64,000 bases of DNA, taken from assembly GCA_963785725.1 (NCBI GenBank), contig CAWAWS010000007.1, positions 64,001 to 128,000 of the forward strand, in the 5' to 3' direction. Numbering within the stretch: the stretch's first letter is position 1; every line of letters begins with the position of its first letter. The notes beneath the pieces were generated by a model. It saw only the letters and a list, made by a program, of their open reading frames with translations, had not been told where the DNA came from and did no database searches. Origin of the DNA: an uncultured delta proteobacterium (GTDB lineage: Bacteria; Myxococcota_A; Polyangia; Palsa-1104). Both the position numbers and the translations under genes were made by a program. Of this stretch, positions 55,443 through 64,000 are shown piece after piece.

Positions 55443-56107
55443 GCGAACGCGTACGGCCCGCCGCGCTCGAGCGCGCGCCGATAGGCCGGTCGCGCGTGAA
55501 TACGCGCCAAGAAGTCCGTCAGCCGCGGATAATTCGGCCCCAATCCGCCGCGCGCCGCCGCCGCTTCCAGCGGAAAGCTCATCTGAATGTCGGCGGCCGA
55601 GAAGTCGTCGCCCGCGAACCAGCCGCGCTGACCGAGCTGGCTCTCCATGAACCCGAGGTGCAGCGCGATCTGCGGCATCACGAAGCTGCTCTTGGCTTTG
55701 CGGGCGATCAGCTTGGCGAACGGCTTGACGAAGAACGGCATCGGCCCGTGCTCGATGCGATCGAACACCAGCTTCATGACCAAGGGCGGCATGGCCGAGC
55801 CTTCGGCGTAATGCATCCAGTAGCGGTATTGCAGTCGCGCCTCGTCATTCGCGGCCGGCTGCAGCGCGCCTTTGCCGTAGGTCGCCACCACGTATTCGAG
55901 GATCGCGCCCGACTCCGCCAGCGTCCGCTCACCGTCGACGATCACCGGCGACTTGCCGAGCGGATGCACGGCGCGCAGCTCTTTGGGCGCCAGCATCGTC
56001 TGCCGATTGCGCTCATAACGCTTGATTTCGTAAGCCACGTCGAGCTCTTCGAGCGCCCACAAGACCCGCTGCGAGCGCGAGTCGTTCAGGTGATGGACGA
56101 GGATCAT
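55439..56107 (-). CDS. Glutathione S-transferase
   Basis: HHLNDSRSQRVLW, HPLGKSP, ESGAI, FSAADIQM. Confidence 0.92.
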   Translation of the reverse strand: MILVHHLNDSRSQRVLWALEELDVAYEIKRYERNRQTMLAPKELRAVHPLGKSPVIVDGERTLAESGAILEYVVATYGKGALQPAANDEARLQYRYWMHYAEGSAMPPLVMKLVFDRIEHGPMPFFVKPFAKLIARKAKSSFVMPQIALHLGFMESQLGQRGWFAGDDFSAADIQMSFPLEAAAARGGLGPNYPRLTDFLARIHARPAYRRALERGGPYAFA

Positions 56108-56239
56108 CGGACGCCATCTTGGCTGTGCGTCCGATAAGTGGCAAGCGCGGCTAGCGTCATCGTGCGATCCACAATTGCGACACCCGGCATGCAAAGTCTG
56201 CCCGTTGCCGATCGGCGGCAGTATGATGCGGATGTCACG

Positions 56240-56476
56240 ATGCCGGCGCCATCCGAGATCGTCTTTCGCCACCTCGTGCACTATCTCGGCCCGCATACGA
56301 CGCGGACCGCACTGAAGACGTTTTGCACGAAGGCGGTCCAGAAGTCTCCCGAAGCGCTGACGCTCGACGACATGCCCAACGTGTTGAGCGCGCTGCGCCC
56401 CATGATGCGCACGCTACTCGGCGCCAAGGAGAGTGAACAGGTGCTGGCGCAGATCAGCTACGAGCTTCGTCTATGA
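56240..56476 (+). CDS. Small helical hypothetical protein
   Basis: MPAPSEIVFRHLVHYLGPHTTRTALKTF... with an ATGA overlap with the next gene. Confidence 0.65.
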   Translation: MPAPSEIVFRHLVHYLGPHTTRTALKTFCTKAVQKSPEALTLDDMPNVLSALRPMMRTLLGAKESEQVLAQISYELRL

Positions 56477-57294
56477 AGAGCCGTGCGCTGTGGCTGCTGC
56501 CGCTCGCCGGCGCCGCGCTCTACTTCGTGGCCGTGCGTCTCCTCGGCGGCGACGGCGATCGCAGCGGCTTTTACTTCGGCGAGGCGCTCCTGACCAAGAG
56601 CGTCGCCCTCGTCGCCTGCATCGGCGCCGCCTTACGCTTCGAGCGCGGCGATCGCATGCGCACGATCTGGCTGCTCTTCGTCGTCGATTTCGCGCTGCTG
56701 TTGTCCAAGGAGCTGATCGTCCATCCGGCGGCGGGCGCGCTGTTGAGCCAGCCGGTCGTCATGTGGCTGCGCGCGATCTGTCTCATCGGCGCCAATCTCG
56801 CCGGCACCTTCGCCTGGATCGTGCTCGCGCGAACCTGGCGCGTCGCCGGCCTGACGCTCGATGGCTCGCCCGCCGTGCAGCGCGCGCTCCTCTTCGTCGC
56901 CGTCGTCGCCGGCATCGCGCTCGTCGGCTGGGGCACGATGAGCGACGTGCGCGCGCTCTTCGCCGGCCACTTCGCCTACGCCATCAACGTCTTGTCCGAC
57001 GCCGCCGACGTCATCGGCTTCGCGCTCGCCGCGCCGGTCGCGCTCACGGCCTGGACGCTGCGCGGCGGCTCGCTCTCGTGGCCTTACGTCTATCTGACCA
57101 CGTGCACCTTCACCTGGATGCTCTTCGACGTCGCCCAGGCGCTGCGCGGCACCACCGGATCGGCGCGATCGGCCGAGGAGCTGTTGCGCATCATCGCCTG
57201 CAGCTTGCACGTCTCGGCCGCGGTGGCGACGCGTTGGGCCGTGCGCCGCCCGTCAACCGCGATACAGCTGCAAAACGAGCAGCTCAGCGCCTGA
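56473..57294 (+). CDS. Multi-pass membrane protein
   Basis: About 7-8 hydrophobic segments. Translationally coupled to the upstream small ORF. Confidence 0.75.
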   Translation: MKSRALWLLPLAGAALYFVAVRLLGGDGDRSGFYFGEALLTKSVALVACIGAALRFERGDRMRTIWLLFVVDFALLLSKELIVHPAAGALLSQPVVMWLRAICLIGANLAGTFAWIVLARTWRVAGLTLDGSPAVQRALLFVAVVAGIALVGWGTMSDVRALFAGHFAYAINVLSDAADVIGFALAAPVALTAWTLRGGSLSWPYVYLTTCTFTWMLFDVAQALRGTTGSARSAEELLRIIACSLHVSAAVATRWAVRRPSTAIQLQNEQLSA

Positions 57295-57457
57295 CGCATC
57301 CGCTGATTCAGGCGATCGTTATCCGATAGTTGCGATATGCACTGTCTCCTAAATGAGACAACGATATAGTCGTAGTGCGTCAAAATTATTGAGAAATTAG
57401 TATGTGATCATAGTCCGCTGATTGACCGTCGCTCGTTACGAACGGTAGTTTTCGCGC

Positions 57458-60337
57458 ATGTGGACCTCCGTGCGCGCCTCGGTGCTCCTCGCGGTTTTGT
57501 CAGCGGCGGCCTGCGGACCTTCAACGGCCGGCAGCGGTAGCGGCGGCGGCGGCGCTCACGCCGACATGACGGCCGGCACGACGCCCGACCTGTCCGCGCC
57601 CGCCGCCAACGACAGCGGCGTGCCCGCCGACCTGGCGCCGGCGGCCGATCTCTTGCCGCCGCCCGATCTGACGGTGCCGGCCCCGACGGGCCTGACGTGG
57701 CCGCCGGGTCAGGTTTTCCCGACGTTTCCGCCGATCACGGCGCTCGACGTCGTCGATTTGGGGCCGCTGACGGCCGATCAGCAGACGCTGTTCGTGACGC
57801 TGGCGGGCCTCGTCAACCGCACGACGCCGCGCATCTACACGCTCTCGAACGGCGACGGCGAGGGCAAGACCTTCTGGCTCGACAAGATGCCGTACACGAA
57901 GAACAGCATCGCCAATCCCTACACGCTACTCACGAAGTATCAGAGCGAGATCAAAGGCATCATCGTTTACGACGACACGCAGATGGACACGATCAACCTG
58001 GCCACGACGATCGCCGGGCAGACCAACGCCGTCGTCGCGTCGCCGGCGCAGGCGACGCTGTTGACGGCGGCGCCGTACAGCTTGGCGATCCTCGTCGATC
58101 TGCGGACCAACAAGTTCACCACCAAGCTCGCTATTTATCAGTACGAATACGATCTCTATTCGGCGGGCGCGACGCATCGGCTGATCTGCGGGCTGAACCC
58201 GGCGATCGCGGGCAACTTGCGCGACTATGCGGTGGCCACGCAGTCGATGATGGTGTGGCTCGATCCGCGCGTCACGGCCGAGGCGACGCTACTGTCGCAG
58301 TTCTTGGCGCTCTTGCCGCCGACGAGCCCGTATCTCGGCTGGTGGGTCGACGAGCCGACGGGCGTGTCCGCGGCGTCGACGGCGGGCGTGCCCACGTTCG
58401 CGGCCGACTACGCCAGCAACCTGACGGTCATGGGCGGCACGCCGCGCGGCAGCGCCACGGTCCCGCCGGCGCCGGCGCCGCCGCCGCTCGAGAACAAGGT
58501 CTACGTCGCCATCTTCATGAGCGACGGCGACAACGTGCAGGAAGATCAGCACCTCATTCCCATCAAGTGGGGCGACGCCAACCGCGGCAAAGTGCCCATC
58601 GGCTGGACGATCGATCCGGCGCTCGTCGACGTCGCGCCCAACGTCTTGCAGTACTTCCAGTCGACCGCGACGTCGAACGACGTGCTCGTGTCGGGGCCGT
58701 CGGGGCTCGGCTACACCTATCCGGCCGCGTGGACGACGAGCGCCTTCGACACCTACGCGAAGGTGAGCGGGCGCTACATGCAGTCGGCGGGCTTGCGCGT
58801 CATCACCGTGTGGAACAACGGCGTCGACTTGAGCGCGGCCAACATGGCGAGCTATTCCAACGACGTGCCCAACTTGGTCGGCCTGACCATCCAGGACGAG
58901 TCGACGCCGATGCAGATCATCGGCGGCGCGAGCGGCACGGTGCCGCTGTTCAAGCTGAACATTTCGTACGGCGACACCGAGCAGATCCTCGAGAGCAACC
59001 CGGGCGGCATCGACTCGCAGCTGGCGACGTTCAACGGCACGGCGCCGGTGTTCATCGCGGTGCAGGGCGACATGAACTCGAGCAGCATCACGCCGACGGC
59101 GTTCAATGACGTGGCCGCGCATTACGGCAGCAACTCGAACGTCGTGTTCGTGCGGCCCGATCACTTCTTCCAGCTGTTGCTCGAGGCCAATCAACCGCCG
59201 GGCCATCGCGTCTTCACCGGCGACTACGACGGCGACGGCAAGACCGACACGATGTTCTATTACAACGGCGACGGGAACTGGTGGATGGCGCCTTCCGACG
59301 GCATCAACTTCGCGTGGCACGTCGCCGGCAACGTCGCGTCGCTGGGCAACTTCGCCGACAACAACCACGTCTTTTACGGCGGCGACTTCACCGGCGACGG
59401 CAAGAGCGACATCATGGTCTTCGGCGGCAACGACAACAACTGGCGCCTCGGCACGTCCGACGGCACGAATTTGACCTGGAGCGTCGTCAGCAATACCGGC
59501 AACTTCGGCGGCCTGCTCGACGGCGCGCACCGCACGTTCACCGGCGACTTCACCGGCGACGGCAAAGCGGACGCGCTCTTCTATTACAGCGGCGACAATC
59601 ATTGGTGGCTGGGCACCTCGAGCGGCACGGCGTTGACGTGGTCGCTGGTCTGCACGAGCACGTTCGGCAACCTGCTCGACGGCACGCACGGCCTCTACGT
59701 CGGCGACTACAACGGCGACGGCAAGAAGGACCTGCTCGTCTACAACAACAGCGACGGCAGCTGGTGGTTCGGCATCTCCAGCGGCACCGCGATCACGTGG
59801 ACGCAGGCGGCGGCGACGAGCGGCTTCGGCAACGTGCTCGGCAACGACCACAAGATCCTCATCGGCGACTTCGACGGCGACGGCAAAACCGACGTGCTCT
59901 TCTACTTCAACGGCGACGGCAACTGGTGGATGGGCACGTCGAACGGCACGGCGCTGACGTTTCATCAGGCGAGCGCCACCGCCGCCGCCGGCAACTTGCT
60001 CGACTGGAGCTATCGCATGATGGCCGGCGACTACGACGGCGACGGCAAGACCGACGTCGCCTACTACAACAGCGTCGACGGCAGCTTCACCTTCGGCATC
60101 TCCGACGGCAACCAGCTCAACTGGGAGTCGGCGGGCACGGGCGCGGCCACCATCGGCGACCTCGACGACTCGACGACGCGCCTCTTCTTCAGCGGCGACT
60201 TCAACGGCGACGGCAAGATGGACGCGCTGTCCTATTCGTCGACGGATGGCAACTGGCGCGCCGGCCTATCGAACGGCAGCGCGCTCACGTGGCACGTCGC
60301 CGGCAACACGAGCGGCTTCGGCAACCTCATTCATTAG
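57458..60337 (+). CDS. GxGYxYP putative glycoside hydrolase lipoprotein with seven FG-GAP/VCBS repeats
   Basis: AAAC lipobox, MSDGDN, PIGWT, GPSGLGYTYP, and seven GD[FY]xGDGKxD repeats at about 59200-60330. Confidence 0.85.
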   Translation: MWTSVRASVLLAVLSAAACGPSTAGSGSGGGGAHADMTAGTTPDLSAPAANDSGVPADLAPAADLLPPPDLTVPAPTGLTWPPGQVFPTFPPITALDVVDLGPLTADQQTLFVTLAGLVNRTTPRIYTLSNGDGEGKTFWLDKMPYTKNSIANPYTLLTKYQSEIKGIIVYDDTQMDTINLATTIAGQTNAVVASPAQATLLTAAPYSLAILVDLRTNKFTTKLAIYQYEYDLYSAGATHRLICGLNPAIAGNLRDYAVATQSMMVWLDPRVTAEATLLSQFLALLPPTSPYLGWWVDEPTGVSAASTAGVPTFAADYASNLTVMGGTPRGSATVPPAPAPPPLENKVYVAIFMSDGDNVQEDQHLIPIKWGDANRGKVPIGWTIDPALVDVAPNVLQYFQSTATSNDVLVSGPSGLGYTYPAAWTTSAFDTYAKVSGRYMQSAGLRVITVWNNGVDLSAANMASYSNDVPNLVGLTIQDESTPMQIIGGASGTVPLFKLNISYGDTEQILESNPGGIDSQLATFNGTAPVFIAVQGDMNSSSITPTAFNDVAAHYGSNSNVVFVRPDHFFQLLLEANQPPGHRVFTGDYDGDGKTDTMFYYNGDGNWWMAPSDGINFAWHVAGNVASLGNFADNNHVFYGGDFTGDGKSDIMVFGGNDNNWRLGTSDGTNLTWSVVSNTGNFGGLLDGAHRTFTGDFTGDGKADALFYYSGDNHWWLGTSSGTALTWSLVCTSTFGNLLDGTHGLYVGDYNGDGKKDLLVYNNSDGSWWFGISSGTAITWTQAAATSGFGNVLGNDHKILIGDFDGDGKTDVLFYFNGDGNWWMGTSNGTALTFHQASATAAAGNLLDWSYRMMAGDYDGDGKTDVAYYNSVDGSFTFGISDGNQLNWESAGTGAATIGDLDDSTTRLFFSGDFNGDGKMDALSYSSTDGNWRAGLSNGSALTWHVAGNTSGFGNLIH

Positions 60338-60423
60338 CCCTAGCTGATCGCGATGTGAGCCGGCGCAATGTAAAGCCGTTCGAAATCGCGTAGTGTCCCT
60401 CGCTAGCTCAAGTCGAGTGACTC

Positions 60424-61203
60424 ATGTCTCAATCAACATCGTCCATTTATCTGGTCATGCAGCTCGTGCTGTCGCTGCTCTGTTTGCCGTCGGTGGCGTT
60501 GGCGAATAAGCCGAACGTCGAGCTCGATCCCGACACCGAGGTCGCGCGGCGCCATTTTCAAGCCGGCAGCGCCGCCTATGAAAAGGGCGATTACACGACG
60601 GCGCTGCAGGAGTTCGAGCGCGCGCGCTTGGTCAAGCCGCTGCCCGATCTCGACTACAACATCGGGCGCTGTCAGGATCGGCTCGAGCATTATCCGGAAG
60701 CGATCGCGGCCTATCAGCGCTTCGTCGACGCGACGAGCAACATCGAAGAGCGGACGGAGATCGGCGAGCGCATCGCGGCGTTGAAGGCGCGGCAGCGGCA
60801 GCTCGACGCCGCGCGGCCGGCGCCGAATCCGCTGCCGTCGCCGCAGCCGGCGCTGGCGTTGACCGCGGCCGAGGCGACGCGCCCGACGGCGCTGCACGCC
60901 TATCGCGGGCCGATCGTGCTCGGCTCCGTCGCGGTGGCGACGCTCGCGGTCGGCTTCGGCCTCTACGGCTCGGTCGGCGGCGACTACGACGCGCTGAAGT
61001 CGAGCTGCGCGCCGGCGTGCGCGCCCTCGCGCTGGTCGGGCTTGCAGGAGCGCGAGCGCGCCGGCGTCGGCTTGGCGATCGCGGGCGGCGTGCTGGCCGT
61101 CGCCGACGTCGCCTGGTTCCTCGTCGCTGCGCACCATCGCGAGCACGCAGCACCGCCGCGACCGCTGGCGACCGGCGATCTGTCGGTGTCGGTGTGGCCG
61201 TGA
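60424..61203 (+). CDS. Exported TPR protein
   Basis: Signal peptide, ARRHFQAG...Y..GDY..AL.EF, YNIGRC, two C-terminal hydrophobic segments. Confidence 0.8.
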   Translation: MSQSTSSIYLVMQLVLSLLCLPSVALANKPNVELDPDTEVARRHFQAGSAAYEKGDYTTALQEFERARLVKPLPDLDYNIGRCQDRLEHYPEAIAAYQRFVDATSNIEERTEIGERIAALKARQRQLDAARPAPNPLPSPQPALALTAAEATRPTALHAYRGPIVLGSVAVATLAVGFGLYGSVGGDYDALKSSCAPACAPSRWSGLQERERAGVGLAIAGGVLAVADVAWFLVAAHHREHAAPPRPLATGDLSVSVWP

Positions 61204-61961
61204 AGTCGCCGCTCGCGCTCGCCGCGCTGTGCGCGCTGGCCGCCGGCTGCCACGACTTCGACGCGCTGTCGTCGCGCTACGGCAACGATGACTTGGGTCG
61301 CGACCTGGCCGTCGAGCTCGATATGTCACCGTCGGTCGCGCCCGATCTGTCGCCGCCGCGCGATCTCTCGGCCGGCGCCGATCTGTCGCTGCTCGACATG
61401 ACCGCCGTCGGCCATTTGAGCGGCAGCGGCGCCCCGACCGCCAGCGTCGTCGATCTGACCGCCGCCGGCACGCTCGATTGGGCGCATTGGGGCTATCCCA
61501 ACGACGACATGGACCACAAAGCCAGCGCGGCGTCGCTGATTCCCAACTATACGACGCTGAGCGGGCTGGTCGCCTTGGCCTACGCCAACAATCCCGACGG
61601 CTTCAGCTGGAGCGACGGCTTGGTCACGCCGTCGGTGACGAGCACCACGACCGGCATGTACCGCCCCGACGCCGGCGACGGATTTCAGCTGGTCGTGCCG
61701 GCGTCGACGGTGCCGCGCACGCTCGTCGTCTACGTCGGCGGCTATCGCTCGAACGGTAAGCTGACGGCGTCGCTGTCGGATCACTCGGCGCCCGACTACA
61801 GCGACGCCAGCTTCGTCGATCTCGTCGACAACATTTATGCCGCGACCTACACGCTCACGTTCAACGCGGCCAGCGCCGGGCAGACGCTGACCATCACGTG
61901 GTCGGCCAGCACCATCGTCATGGATGGCAACGTCTCGCTGCAAGCCGCCGCCCTGCGCTAA
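61200..61961 (+). CDS. Lipoprotein of unknown function
   Basis: GTG overlapping the TPR gene stop, AAGC lipobox, DL/DM repeat linker, beta-rich domain (VDLTAAGTLDWAHWG). Confidence 0.75.
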   Translation: MKSPLALAALCALAAGCHDFDALSSRYGNDDLGRDLAVELDMSPSVAPDLSPPRDLSAGADLSLLDMTAVGHLSGSGAPTASVVDLTAAGTLDWAHWGYPNDDMDHKASAASLIPNYTTLSGLVALAYANNPDGFSWSDGLVTPSVTSTTTGMYRPDAGDGFQLVVPASTVPRTLVVYVGGYRSNGKLTASLSDHSAPDYSDASFVDLVDNIYAATYTLTFNAASAGQTLTITWSASTIVMDGNVSLQAAALR

Positions 61962-61980
61962 GTAAACGGCTGTTTACTTA
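61959..61980. repeat. 22-bp near-perfect palindrome TAAGTAAACGGCTGTTTACTTA (copy 2)
   Basis: Spans the two convergent stop codons and the 16-bp gap between them. One mismatch versus the copy at 19724. Confidence 0.9.
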
Positions 61981-63366
61981 CGGGTGCGCCGACGCGCGCG
62001 GCGCGCCGAACTTGTCGGTGTTGAGCGCCATCGGCGCGCCGGCGTCGAGGTCGAGGCCTTTGTCGTTGCTGCCGGCCTTGATGTCGACCAGGGCCACCGT
62101 CGGCGTGCTGTTGCGATCGCTCCAGGCCTTCATGCGATATTTGCCGGGCGGCAGGCTGCGGAAGTAGAACGTGCCGCCGGCGCCCGTGACCGCGTAGTGC
62201 GGCGCCGAGACGACGACCAAATAGGCCGACATGCTCGAGTGCAGATTACAGCCGAGCATGATGATGCCCTCTTTGTCGAACTTGACCTCGCGCATGTCGC
62301 CGTTCTTGTAGAGGCCGAGATCGAACGACTTCGACTCCGAGAGCGAGAACACGTTGTGGTAGACGCTGTCGAAGTTGGGGAAGGCGACGGTCGAGCCGAG
62401 GGGCACGGCCATGACGCGAGGCGCGAATTGGCGGTCGCGCTGCTCGAGCACGCGATGTTTGGGCGCGCGCTGCGCGAACTTGCCGCCGACCGGCTCGAGC
62501 ATGACGACGCCGAAGCTGCCGAGCGGCTTGCCGTCGACGCGCAGGACGCCGCGCAAGGAGCCGCGCGCCGGCACCTTCGCGGGCTCATCTTCGTCGGAAT
62601 TGCCGACGGCGGTCTTCGGCTGCGGCGTGTTGCTGGCGGCGTGCGTGAGCTCGCCGGCGACGCGCGGCGGGCTGCCCGAGCGGAACGTCGGCGCCACCGA
62701 CGCGAGCAAGGGCGCGCCCAAGAGCAGCTCGGCGCGGCTGAAGAGCTGCTCGGCGTACGAGCGCTGCCCGCGTCCGCCCGCGGTCACGGCCATGGCCAAG
62801 AGGTCGGCCGCGTCGCCCGGCGGCAGCGTGCGCTGAATCTTCACGACCGCGGCCAGCTGCGCGGCGTCGATGGGCTTGAGCGTGTCCGGCTTGGCGATGA
62901 TCTGCGGCTCGAGCGGACCGAGCGCGCCGAGCAGCTCGTTCTCCTCGCGCGCCGGCACGTGGAACTTGTCGAGCGCGCCCTTCAGGTTCTCGACGACGGC
63001 GTCGAACTCCTCCGCCACCAGCTCCATGCCGACGTGCGACGAGGGCATGTCGCGCCCGCTGTAACCGCCCGGCCCACCCGTCGCCGTGGTGACGAACTCG
63101 ACGAGCATGGCCTCGAGGTGCGCGGCGTCGGTGTTGAAGAAGCGCTGTTTGACGCGCTTGTCGGTCACGTTGCGCACGACGAACTCGTGCACGACGGCGA
63201 CGACGGCGTCGTGGCCGCCGAGCCGCTGGAACAACGGCCGCGAATCGACGGCGGCGGCGGGCGCGGCAGCGGCCGGCGTCGTCGGCGCGGGTGACGTGGC
63301 CGCCGCTTGCGGCGCCGGCGCGTGGGCACAACCGAACAGCAGCAAGCAGAGCGAAAGCTTCCTCAT
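61978..63366 (-). CDS. Lipoprotein: group I truncated globin fused to a cupredoxin-like domain
   Basis: GGAGGG RBS, LFGC lipobox, LFQRLGG...TGGP..YSGRDMPSSH globin, FPNFDSVYHNVFS and GCNLHSSM. Confidence 0.85.
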   Translation of the reverse strand: MRKLSLCLLLFGCAHAPAPQAAATSPAPTTPAAAAPAAAVDSRPLFQRLGGHDAVVAVVHEFVVRNVTDKRVKQRFFNTDAAHLEAMLVEFVTTATGGPGGYSGRDMPSSHVGMELVAEEFDAVVENLKGALDKFHVPAREENELLGALGPLEPQIIAKPDTLKPIDAAQLAAVVKIQRTLPPGDAADLLAMAVTAGGRGQRSYAEQLFSRAELLLGAPLLASVAPTFRSGSPPRVAGELTHAASNTPQPKTAVGNSDEDEPAKVPARGSLRGVLRVDGKPLGSFGVVMLEPVGGKFAQRAPKHRVLEQRDRQFAPRVMAVPLGSTVAFPNFDSVYHNVFSLSESKSFDLGLYKNGDMREVKFDKEGIIMLGCNLHSSMSAYLVVVSAPHYAVTGAGGTFYFRSLPPGKYRMKAWSDRNSTPTVALVDIKAGSNDKGLDLDAGAPMALNTDKFGAPRASAHP

Positions 63367-63460
63367 CGCGGGCCCTCCCTGGGCAAAAACGTGCCGTGGA
63401 CGCGCGAAAACGTCGCGCGCCGAGCGGCATCAGCCAATGTCGCGACGCGCGCGCCGGGCG

Positions 63461-64000
63461 TTATCGCCGGCGCCGCTGCCGTCGCAGCTCGAGCGAAAAT
63501 GCCAGCGCCACCGCGGCCGCCAGCAGCCACAATCCATAGCGCGCGAGGTCGTGCCAGCGCGTCGTCGTCGTCAGCGGCACGGCTTCGAGCGACAGCTCGG
63601 CCAGGCTCAGCTCCGCCGACGACGGCAAGGGCAGCGACAGCGACGACAATTCGCCGCGCCCGCCGCTCGTCACCAAAGGCACGATGCCGTGCGGACCGCG
63701 CAGCCAGGCGCGCAAGACGCGCGACTGCAGCCGCCGCCGCAGCGCCGAGAGGTCGATCTCGTCGGCGATGGCGATGGCGCCGCCGCCGGCGCGGGCGCGA
63801 TAGAGCGGCAACACCGGCGCGCCGGCGTCGATGACGAGCTTGTCGCCGACGATGTCGACGCGCGTCTCGCGGCCGGCAATCGGCGACAGCGCGCGCGCGC
63901 CGGCCGGCAAACGCAACAGCGACGACGTCTTCGGCCCGTCCACCTGGAACAGCTCGACCACTTCGTGCTTGCCCGACGTGAACACCAGCTCGCTCGACGC
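63461..64000 (-). CDS. 3' part of a membrane-anchored hypothetical protein (5' end outside the window)
   Basis: Open frame at the window edge, with a C-terminal TM helix followed by RRQRRRR. Confidence 0.6.
   Translation of the reverse strand, partial: ASSELVFTSGKHEVVELFQVDGPKTSSLLRLPAGARALSPIAGRETRVDIVGDKLVIDAGAPVLPLYRARAGGGAIAIADEIDLSALRRRLQSRVLRAWLRGPHGIVPLVTSGGRGELSSLSLPLPSSAELSLAELSLEAVPLTTTTRWHDLARYGLWLLAAAVALAFSLELRRQRRRR

Noticed and set aside
59200..60330. Periodic GGCGACT..ACGGCGACGGCAA DNA repeats resembling an array
   Set aside because: These encode the in-frame FG-GAP repeats. They are degenerate at codon third positions and no cas genes are present.

Overview
A high-GC (roughly 70% by eye) bacterial chromosomal segment, most likely from Myxococcota (Polyangia-like). 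That assignment is inferred from two MYXO-CTERM-type tails, an FHA-sigma54 activator, a myxobacterial-type kinase TPR module and many secreted lipoproteins. It holds about 50 genes of mixed function and no rRNA, tRNA, CRISPR or recognisable mobile element. Housekeeping and metabolic genes include panE, topB, corA, lepB, SDRs, an acyl-CoA synthetase, a FdhF/YdeP oxidoreductase and a GST. Secreted enzymes include GH55, GH27, GH18, a GxGYxYP protein, and S53, M13 and pepsin-like proteases. About nine single-base frameshifts in otherwise intact genes point to long-read consensus errors rather than real decay. The most notable items are: (1) a lipoprotein fusing a group-I truncated globin with an apolar distal pocket to a type-1-copper cupredoxin; (2) a 16-22 bp palindrome GTAAAC(A/G)GCTGTTTAC found twice, 42 kb apart, at convergent gene ends; (3) an archaeal-type XPB + Bax1 (DUF790) helicase-nuclease pair; (4) an Asp-(Leu/Met) repeat linker shared by unrelated secreted proteins; (5) a back-to-back junction of a 5'-truncated ECF sigma factor and a 5'-truncated kinase-TPR gene; (6) widespread leaderless-type and sigma54-type promoters. 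All family calls come from motif recognition by eye, not database searches.
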